64,000 nt of DNA, taken from contig OX597815.1 in assembly GCA_951406725.2 (NCBI GenBank), forward strand, positions 69,006,001-69,070,000, written 5' to 3'. Made by a program: the position numbers and the translations under genes. Under the pieces are notes generated by a model. It was not told the origin of the DNA. It searched no databases and was given only the letters and a program-made list of their open reading frames with translations. Positions 53,353 through 64,000 of the stretch are shown piece by piece (the first letter of the stretch is position 1; each line of letters starts with the position of its first letter). Source of the DNA: Octopus vulgaris (Eukaryota).

Positions 53353-56094
53353 TTTGGAAGGTGTTAGAATGAGTGAGTTTTTGGAGTTTTCAGTCATTTA
53401 GCGATGTTCATTACCATCAGTTTTCTCTGTATTACTATTATAAATAGCCCCTCTATCTCATATCTATATTTATGCTATGTTATAATGACGTCGCCATCTA
53501 GAACTGTTTTCTTTAGTAATGCATTTTAGGAAAATGTCTAAAGTACTGCTTTACTTATTGTGTGTGCGTGTATATATATATGTTATGGGATTTAAAGATA
53601 ATTTTTTTATCTTGCCTGTATAGTACTATTATTAATGCTGATTAAATAACAAAGGAATATTCAAGTTATTTATATCTATTTTTGAATCTTACCATTTTTT
53701 TTGACTCAGCATCCCTAATATTTATAGCTGTTGTTACTTGTAAACAAACTTTTTATTTTGACCTAGGCTGATATAAATGGTAGTTTGTAACTGGCCCTTG
53801 TCTCCCTCTCCACCCCCTCACACACATATACAATATCTTCATAATCCAATAAAAAAATAAAATAAAAACTATTTATTTCACATTTACACAATTAAGTGCA
53901 CTTAATTCCTTGTAAGCTTTCCTTCCTGTTACCACATGTCCTGGTCAGGAATGTGGCTGAAAGATAAAAACAATGTCCTAGTCTTCAGAAATAAATTAAG
54001 TGATGACACTGGTTATTAGAAGTAACTATATAAATGTATAATAGACACAAGTGTGACTTTGTCTTGACATCACATGATTGTTGTAAATGAACATCTGGTT
54101 ATTAATTTGCTATTTTTTGCGAAAAACATATCTGACTATGGGGAAATATAATCTTGCTTGGAATTAGGCGAGGTTTAAAAACAGGGAGGGCATCCAGCTG
54201 TAGAAAAACTGCCTCAGCATGTTCTGTCTGACCCATGAAATGATGATAATGAAAAAAAAGAAAAAAATCCCTGACAGATCCTGTTGACAATGAGCTTGTT
54301 TAATAGTGAATCAAAATAGGGTCAGCAGAGATTTTGTTTTACTGACTCGCTCTCTGATCCTAATTCATTTTTTGTAAGAAAAAGATGATCTTCTACACAG
54401 GTATATTCATCATCATTGTTTCAACATTCACTTCTCCACAATTGCATGTGTCAGATAGAATTCATTGAAGCAGATTTTCTGCAGCTGGATCCTCTTCCTG
54501 TCACCAACCCATATGTTTCTAAGCAAGGTAATATTTCCTCATGGGCAGACATGTTTCCATGGAAAATTGGAAACAGATTGCATTGCTCATGTGAAAGTAA
54601 TGCTTGTTTACAACTTTTGCATGAAGTCAAAACACACACACACGTGTGTGTGTTCGATGGGCTTCTTCCAGTTTCCATCTACCAAACTCATTCAAAGCTT
54701 TAGTCAGCCAGGGATTATATGTAGAAAAAACTTGCCTAAGATGCTATGCAGCTGGACTGAACCTGAAACCATATGGTTGGGAAGCAACTTTCTTATTACA
54801 TAGCAAGCCATAAATATTTTTGTGTATTTAATTATCCATAAATGATTTCTCTCCATACAGAAAGAACACTTTATTGAGAGAGAGAGAAAGAGAGAGTTGG
54901 ATATGCACTTGAAGGTGGAACATGTCCAGCGATTGCAGTTAATCTGGAGAGATAGAAGATGGACATGTTGAGTGTGAAGGATTATCTTGAGATAAGCAAA
55001 CCACTTAACATCAAAAGTCAATGTATACAATGTCAGCCATTGTATGCCTGCAATGTGATGTCTGTATATGATGTATATTGTGAAAAACATCGTGAGTTGT
55101 TGACATATGGAGAATATAGAAAAATGAAATTGATGGATAGGGTTCTTAAATAAAAAGTGTAGGAATTGAATAGCTATATCAGATCTAAGAAAACTAGAGA
55201 TCACACATAATTTATATGCAGATTCATCCTGCTTCTTCTTTCTAGCTTCTTCCTTGCAACTTACGCTTACTGGTTGAGGCTGACTCATAAGGGCTGGTTT
55301 CCCAGTTTCATGGTGTATAAGTTCTCCACCTGGATGGGATGTCGGTCTGTCACAAGATTTCTCATTGTTGCCCAGTCCAGGAATCGAAACCACAATCTTA
55401 CAATCATGAGTCCAACACCATAACCACTAAGCCGTGTTCCTCCACTGAGGGGATAGAGAACTGTCATGAGCTGTAAGATTTATTGGGCTAGAGCTTAATT
55501 GGTTTCTATGGTGTATAAATAACTGAGACTACAATACTTAACCATGAATTGGATGATGGTCTGTTGTAGGGTTAACTTCTAAGCTGCTACTGGAGTCATT
55601 TACAGCTGAGTAGATTAGAGCATTGTGAAATGAAATGTTCTGCTCAAGAACACTATGCATCACTCTGTCTGGGAATCAAAACCATGATCTTACAATTGTG
55701 AATCCAATGCTCTGATCACTAGACCACGTGACTTCATGGTTGAGGAGAGCCAGGCTGTTAATTGTGTATGATATCATAAAGAACCTCAGTTCTATGTATC
55801 TACATATATATTTTTTTAGATGTAAAATTAACCAAGTGGACAGGTTATTGGATTAGCAATCTCCAGGTACTGAGTTCTGATGTATTACAGGTGTTCCATT
55901 CTGTATTTGAATGGTACACTTTGTTCTATGTTCCCTAGTTAACACAGCTGTTGGGAGTAGCTAGAATGGTACTAATAATTGGTATGTAGGCTAAAACATG
56001 GAATATATTATAACTGGGAGCTTGGGTTGGTAGGTAGGGGACATTCAAGCTACAACAATAACTACTTGCTCCTTTTAATGTTGTTGGATTGGGT

Positions 56095-57335
56095 TTAACC
56101 CTTTTGTTACTATATTTCTGTTGAAATTAATTTTGAAACTAAAGAATTTAGAGAAATAATTTAGTGGTTATTAACTTGGGGTTTGCAACATAAATGAACA
56201 TGAAACTTTGATGGAATGTTTTAATTTAGATTACTTTAACTCTTTAGCATTCATATTACTTTATCAAATGTGATGCTTGTTTATTCACATTCATCATCAT
56301 CATCGTTTAACGTCTGCTTTCCATGCTAGCATGAGTTGTATGATTTGACTGAGGACTGGTGAACCAGATGGCTGCACTAGGCTCCAATCTTGATCTGGCA
56401 GAGTTTCTACAGCTGGATGCCCTTCCTAACGCCAACCACTCCGAGAATGTAGTGGGTGCTTTTACGTGCCACTAGCACGAGGCCTAGTCAGGCAGAACTC
56501 AAATGCCATGATCAAATAGTGTTTTTTATGTGCCACCTGCACAGGAGCCAGTCCAGTGGCACTGGCAACAACTTCGCTTGAATGTTTTTTCACGTGCCAC
56601 CGGCACAAGTGCCAGTAAGACAACACTGGTAGCGATAACGCTCGAATGGTGCTTTTTATGTGCCACTGCCATGGAAGCCAGTTAGCCGCTCTGGCAATGA
56701 TCACACTCAGATGGTGCTCTTATTGCTGTGCTAGCATGGATGCCAGTCATCAAATTTGATTTCGATTTCACTTGCCTCAACAGGTCTTCGCAAGCAGAGT
56801 TTAGTGTCCAATGAAGGAAAGGTATGCATAAGTGGGCTAGTTACACCCCTGGCATATGGTCTCATTTGGCTTGCCTGGTCTTCTCAAGCACAGCACAATT
56901 TCCAAAATTGTTTTGAATTAATCATGCATTAGTTTGTAGCTTCATGATTTTGATGATGTGATTCTCTGTTTTTAAATGACATTGTAGGATAAGTGTGAGA
57001 GGCTGGATCTAGCCAGTTTGAATATAAAACAAGTAGAATATTTAGGCTGGATATGGCTTGTTTAAATACTAAAGAGTTAAAATAGTTTTGTGTTGTTGAA
57101 CTTGGCAGGTTAGTATCACAAGGGTCAACCCTTTTGTTACTATATTTCTTTTGAATGACATTGCCTTTATTTCAATTAATTTGGAAAATAATGAATAATT
57201 TTGTAAAATAACTTTTCAGTTTTTAAGCCAGAGTTTTGACAAATTTAATCTTGCTTGAAATTTTAATTTAGATCACCTTCATTTGAATAATAGGACCAGG
57301 AGTGATCTCAAGGAGGCTAGGATCAAAAGGGTTAA
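56095..57335. mobile_element. Nested cluster: TTAA-MITE type 1 containing TTAA-MITE type 2 containing a SINE, followed by a tandem type-1 copy
   Basis: Type 1 starts TTAACCCTTTTGTTAC (56095). Type 2 spans 56236-57080 and is split at CACATT|...|GTTTTGAATTAATC by a SINE (about 56292-56906). A second type-1 copy spans about 57128-57335. Confidence 0.8.
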
Positions 57336-60285
57336 AGCTATATTGAGACACATAACGTAAAATACGTAGCACTAACATTTAGATCAGGGAGAGCAGCTCT
57401 CAATAAATCACACAGCTTATTTGCACCATAGTTCTAACATGTGTAAAACTATGTTAATGTTTATATTTTTACTTATTTTTCATTTATTTACTAAGGTGGA
57501 TTTGTTGCACCCCACTCCACTTTATTGATGAATTCAAAATAATTTCCAAAAAGGAATATTCTTGTAATTATTTTATTGAAGTATTGTTTTTGTGTTTGTT
57601 TTCTTTTAATAAAATAGATTAACTGTCATTGCTTACTAATGTTCACTTTAGAATTCTTGTATCATTATCTTTAGATCTTTTACATTCTTCATTTCATAAT
57701 GGCTTTTAGCCATCAGGCAAAGTGATATTTATTATCAGCTTAAGTGATATTATCATAGCTAGGTTTCAATGTGCACCGCTATAATTGTCTTATGAGCTGC
57801 AAATTACAATTATGATATTAAGATTAAATGCAGGCATGACTGTGTGGTTAAGAATCCACTTTTCCCTCCAGAAGTTTAGGGTTCAGTCCCACTACATGAT
57901 ATCTTGGGTATGTGCTTTCTACTATAGTCTGAACTGACTAATGCTATGTGAAAGAATTTGTTAGACAGAAACTGAAAGGTATGTGTGTGTTTTATGGCCA
58001 TTTTTTTGCATGCCAACATGGGTTAGATAAATTATCAAGGCATTGTTTAACAGCTGAATGCCCTTCCTGCTGCTAACCTTTATCTGTTTTTCAAATAAGG
58101 AATCCCTTTATTTCCTATGGCTTTGAAAGTATGAAGCAAGAAGAGAATTTGACAGGAGAAATATCGAGTAAACTGAGTGAATTTTGTGTCTTTCAAATAA
58201 GTGAGTGAAGACTTAAACATAATGCACACACACAGATGCATATGCAAAAGGCTTCTTTTTCAGTTTCTGTCTGTTAAATCCACTCATAAGGCTTGAGGCT
58301 ACAGTTTGTCACTTGTCTAAGGTGCAATGCAGTGAGATTGACATGTGCTTTTGTCCCAGTGATAGAAATTAATTGATTAATTAAGCATTTGTTAAGATGG
58401 CAAACTGGTAGAATCGTTAGCACGCCCAGCAAAATGTTCAATGGAATTTTGTTTGCGTTCTGAGTTCAAATTCTGCCAAGGTCGACTTTGCCTTTCATCT
58501 TTGGGGTTGATGAAATGAGTACCAGTTATGCACTGTAGTTGATGTAATCGACTAACCTCCTTCCCCCAAAATTTCAGGCCTTGTGCTTATAGCAGAAAGG
58601 ATTATTATTATTATTAACGTGACAAGCTGAGAGAATTGTTAGCACATTGAACAAAAATGCTAGATCTTTATGTACTGGAGTCAACTTTGCCTTTCATCCT
58701 TTCAGAGCTGATAAGATAAGTACCAATGAAGTACTGGAGGTCAATGTAATTCACTCCTCACTTCCTTCAAAATTGCTGGCCTTGTGCTAAAATTTGAAAC
58801 TATTATTATTATTATTATTATCATTATTATTATTATTATTATTAATATTTTATATGGTAGAAACAATAGGATATTTGACCTAATGCCTTGTATTCAGTCC
58901 CACCCACTCTTATCTTCCACATTCATTTTGTGTCAGGGTAATTTTGTTTTTCATTCCCATGGACTTAATAATATCAGGTATCTACTGCATTGAATTTTAT
59001 CAGCTCTAGCACTCTCTATAAATAAATGTGTGGCCTTGGAGTCACTAATAACTTAAAAGCAGTGAGTTTGAATGTTTGCATAAAGCCACAAATTTGAAAG
59101 GAAGAAATAAAATGAATCCTACAATATTACTGGTACTGAGTTTTGTTATTAGCCATCAGAGGGAAGCAAAGTGAAGTTGATAGAAAAATTAAAATAGACT
59201 TCTACTACTACTACCATCACTACTACAAAAGTGTATTGTGGTTGTACGTTTTTGTTGTAACGACAGGCTAAGCTCAGTTTCTCTGAAATACATAACACAA
59301 AATACACATCACCATCATACATCTGTTTTTCCCTGCTCACAGAGGTTGGATAGTTGTTTTCCAACAGTATCCCAAGAGATAGAAAGCTATTAGAGAGTTT
59401 TTACACAACATTCAAGCATGGTCATTGCCTGTGCCACTGGACTGGTTCCCATGCAGCTAGCATGTAAAAAACACTTTTTGAACGTGGTCGTTGCCAAAAC
59501 CGCCTGACTGGCCCTCATGTCAGTGGCATGTAAAAGCACCCCCTACACTCTCAGAGTGGTTGGCATTAGGAAAGGCATCCAGCAGTAGAAACATTGCCAG
59601 ATCAGATCGAGCCTGGTGCAGCCTTCTAGCTCACCAGTCCTCAGTCAAATTGTCCAAGTCATTTGTCCAACACGGGAAATGGACATTAAACGACGATGAT
59701 GTTGATGATATGTGTGTGTGTGTGTGTATATAGCCACAGCCTTGGTTACACCCCACGTTCGGATGTGCTTATATATGTATATATATCTAATATAATGAAT
59801 GTGAAAACTAATTTGTGTATCAGTGTGTCACACTTAGACCTCCCCCTCACTATTCAGTGACACTCCTACTATTCCTCATGATGGAGTAAGAGTAACAGTA
59901 GGCATAGAAACAGTGAGGGCAGTGGTAAAGACAGAATGAGAGAAAGAAAAAGAGGGAGAGAAAGAGAGACAAAGAAATTTAGGGAGAGTTGATGATGCTT
60001 TATTAAAAGTGGCAGTGGGAGTAATAAATAATAAGAGAGAAAGAGGGAGATGATGTACAACTTTGTTTAACCATGTCTCTTTGACAGCAATTCCTGTGGC
60101 CAATTTTTGTTTTATTTTTTGCTTTCTTTAATACACACACACACACACACATGTATACAATGTTAATTGAAATAAAGTTTCCCCAATATTAAACATATCT
60201 AATGTAACAAATGTGAATGTTAGTGTGTCAATAACTTTTTCAACTTTACTCCTAGGGGCCCAACATATCATACCATTTTGGAATC

Positions 60286-60650
60286 AGGCTGACTCTGTGA
60301 GTAAATTAAAAACATTCCAGGCTGAATCCAGACCCACAATCCTGACATTTTTGATTCCTAAGTTTTCATTACTGTGGTTGCTTTTGGCGATTTAAAAAAA
60401 ATTTTTTTTTTTAAATTTTTTTTTTTTTTTACATGACATTTTGTGACAAATTTTCTTGTATGATAACAATTTTAATAATTTAAAGGCTAACTCTGTGAGT
60501 AAATTAAAAACATTCTGGGCCGAATCTGGACCTGCAATCCTGAAATTTTGGATTCCTTTGTTTTTATTACTGCAATTGTCTTTGGCGATTTTTTTTTTTT
60601 TTTAAATATGATTTCTTGCAACAAATATGATCATTGCAACAAATTCTCCT
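60286..60650 (+). repeat. Tandem duplication of about 200 bp
   Basis: AGGCT(G/A)ACTCTGTGAGTAAATTAAAA..TTTGGCGATTT occurs at about 60286 and 60485. Confidence 0.85.
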
Positions 60651-61236
60651 GATCAAGTTAGAGATCTGTTTGCAGATCTTCCCATTCAGGGTCAGTTACT
60701 TAAAAGCTATATGCTAGTTACGTTCCAAAACCACCTGTGATAGGTGAAAACTTGTGAAGTAGAAACAATACTGTACTGTATATTTTTTTATATTTTTATA
60801 ATTTGTATATATTTATTTTATTATAAATGCAAAACAACACCACGGAGTAATCAACGTAAGCTCAAATAATATACCGTGATAGGTGAACCGTGGTATGGCA
60901 AGTGATTACATCATCATCATCATTGTTTAATGTCTGTTTTCCATGCTGGCATGGGTTGGGCGGTTTGATTCAGGTCTGGAGAGCCAGCAGCTGCACCAGG
61001 CTCCAATCTGATCTGGCAATGCTTCTACAGCTGGATGCCCTTCCTAAAGCCAACCTCTCCAAAATTGTAGTGGGTGCTTTTTACGTGCCACCGACACAGG
61101 AGCCAGTCAAGCGGGCCTGGCATTGATCATGTTCAGATAGTGCTTTTTATGTGCCTCCAGCATGGGGGCCAGTCAGGGGACACTGGCATTGGCTATGTTC
61201 GGTTGGTGCTTTTTATGTGCTACTAGTGTGTGTATG

Positions 61237-61280
<44 letters not shown>

Positions 61281-61286
<6 letters not shown>

Positions 61287-61446
61287 GAATTTACAAGAAA
61301 AACAAAATGAAGACAGGTGTGTAAACAACAAACAGATGCGTTAGTTTAATGCTCAGGAAGTGAGAAAGTCTTTTACGTTTCGACAGAAAGGAACACAGAA
61401 ATAAACAGGGAGAGAAAATAGAAAAAGGTTTAGTGGCTAGTGATAC
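61281..61446 (-). mobile_element. Related hammerhead-bearing element (copy 3, stem II deleted)
   Basis: Minus strand CUUU-CUGUCGA-AAC-GUA-AAAG at about 61369-61390. Directly abuts (TA)n. Confidence 0.6.
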
Positions 61447-64000
61447 TCAGTTTCATGTTCCTGTTTGTCAAATAGTTGTGATGTATTCATATATATATTG
61501 TAACTTGTACTTTTATTGGCCGGATGGATTTTATTGAGTCAGATCTTGTGCAGCTGGATGCCCTTTCCCATTGCCATCTCTCATGTTTCCAGGTAAAGTA
61601 ATAATATACCGTGGCCTGATGTTTCAGTAGAACATTGGAAATTAATGACACTGTATGGCAAGAATATACAGACAGGCACACACGCACACACACAGAATAA
61701 ATGGTTAGCTATTGTCCAAGTGAATGCCCATTGTGTAAGGTAGAAATTTTGCAATAAACAACCAAGACATGTCTAATTGTACAAAATATAGAGATATTAG
61801 ATGGTGATCTTGTTGCTTAGAGGAAATATTGTTTACTTTCGGTGTAAGCAACAATGTAAACAAAGGAAATATCACTAAATGTTGTCACATTGCACCTATT
61901 TAGCATAGATAAGGAGTAAGCACTATCGTCTTACCATCATTGACATGGCATATATTTAACATATGGTAAATAATTTCTCTTTCATGCAGCCCTATCAGCA
62001 CCTTGGTTTCTGTTTTATTTGGGATAATATCAGATGTATTTCACTGATGAAATTAGAGTATTTTCTTTCTCTGATATGCTTGTCTTGTTCTGTATTATAT
62101 GGTGCATCATATGAACCCTTTTGATACCAACCTGCCAGAAACCACCCCTGATTCTGTGATACAAGCTTCCTGTTTTATTAAAGTGATAGAAATTAAAATC
62201 TTCCAGCAGAATTTCATGGTCAGTTATATTTCAAACACTAGCTGCTGGTATTTTATTAATTTTTTTATTATTTTTAAAAGTAATTAAAAGGGATTTCAAC
62301 AGAAATATAATAGCAAAAGTGTTAATCATGTACATGTAGCTAATACACACTCATGTAATACATGCATAGTATCTGTTACATAAATGCACACATGCATTCT
62401 CAAACACTTTCTCTAGCTTGGACATATGTACACACACATACACACACTGCTTGCCTGCCTATCTTACATGGCTTCTAAAGCTAAGCTTCATTCAGAAACT
62501 AATTTCTGTTTGCAGCACAAGGTTTCTGTTTTGCAAAACAAAATATTTGTATTAAGTATGTTCATGATATAAACCAAATGAATAGAATACCTTGATGTTG
62601 TAGCTAATACAAAGGTCTACTAATGTGAAAGTGTTTGATATCATCATTGTAAACCACTAATATAAACTATTACTATGATGCTTATACTGAACTGAAGTCT
62701 TGTGTTATCACTTACCTAGGACCTTCTTTGTTTACTGCAACTTACTGAATTACACTTTTTTTCTTACTTCATTTTGTTTTTGTAAGTGTCCTGTGTGTTG
62801 AAAGAAATCAAAGTGCTATAGGAGAGTGATGTATTCTAGTGATTTTCACAAAGAAAGATCAGCCTCTCTCCCTCCAAATATTTATAAATTCTGTTGCCCT
62901 CTTCTCCCTCTTTATCATTAATTATCATCCTCATTATCATTTCATATCCATGTTCCATGGTGGCATGGGTTGGACAGTTTGACAGGATATGACTCATTCT
63001 GGAAATGCCACATACTCTCCTGTTTTCTTTAGCATGGTTTCTGTAGTATGATGCCTGTCCTGCCTAATGCCAACCACTTTACAGTGTGTACTGAGTGATT
63101 TTCTTTTTCATGCTACCAGCACTAGAGTAAATTGTCATGCAGCTGGCAAGACTGAGCCCCCCCCCCCCAAGAGGTAGCTTTATGCTAGGAGGTGAGAGAT
63201 TGAGAGGAGGAGCCAAAACCAAGCAGCTTTCTCACTATAGAGGAGGTATATAACTATTCAAACTGTAGAAGAGAGGGTAAGCGTGAGCGGAATGCAGCTG
63301 GGAAGTGATAAAAATAGTAGGTGGATCCTCAAGGTACAAGATGATTAGAAATAGAAGAACAAGATGTATGGATGAGTAGAGGTTGCAAGAGTGTATGGGG
63401 AATGGGTGAGTGTGAATATGATAAATGAAGAGCAAGAGTTGAGAGGGTATTAATGAAAAGATAAAACAGTTTACATCCACATAATCCTCCTATCTTTGCC
63501 ATAGTATTGAACTTGTTTAATTTTTTAGTATTTCAGATTATTCTGTTAAATGTGATGTTTATCTATTTACATTGTTTTGAATTATTCATGCATTATCCCA
63601 TAGCTTCAAAATTTTAATGATGTGATTGCATATTTTTAGAATGACATTGTAGGATAGGTGTAAGAGGCTGGATCTTGTTGATTTGAACATAAAACAGGTA
63701 GAATATTTGGGCTGTATATGGTTGGTTTAAATGCTAAAGTGTTAAGGTTGATAACGATCTTAATTTTATAATGACACCACTTGTTTGACAGTGACACTTA
63801 TTTACAACTGTCACTTGTTGTCAAGACAAGGAGACACAGGTACACACACGATGGTCTTTTTTTCTGTTTCTGTTTACCAGATCCATTCCCAAGATTTTAG
63901 TTAGTCCTGGGCTATAGAAGACACTTGTCCAAGGTCCCATGCAGTGGGACTAGGCTCAAACTGATGTGACTGGGAAGCAAATTTCTAAACGATACAGTCA

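Noticed and set aside
54704-55393. 229-aa minus-strand ORF
   Set aside because: Spans two different SINEs and intervening sequence, with no recognisable motif.

Overview
AT-rich, repeat-dense eukaryotic DNA. The SINE and MITE repertoire is characteristic of an octopus genome (inference). Almost all entries in the ORF track are spurious microsatellite or SINE read-through. The window holds the 5' end of a + strand NEDD4-family HECT E3 ligase gene. Its first coding exon is MAAQNEIYGLQEIP (27780-27821) and its first C2-domain exon is SDVPGTTQIIHVKIIAGVNLAKKDIFGAS (28611-28696); I found no 'DPY' exon in the remaining 35 kb. Three more candidate alternative first coding exons (11631, 15494, 26248) each have an upstream in-frame stop, an ATG and a phase-0 GT donor, so all could splice to the same C2 exon. 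The rest is transposon debris: near-complete DD34D mariner and DD36E Tc1 elements, a DD37D maT relic, a pogo fragment, RTE-like LINE fragments, Helitron-type elements, hAT, piggyBac and pogo MITEs, and several tRNA-derived SINE families, often nested. The most unusual signals are a small microsatellite-anchored repeat family carrying minimal hammerhead-ribozyme motifs (3 copies, two with a CUGU-variant core), the variable first-exon array, and several strong intronic fold-back structures.
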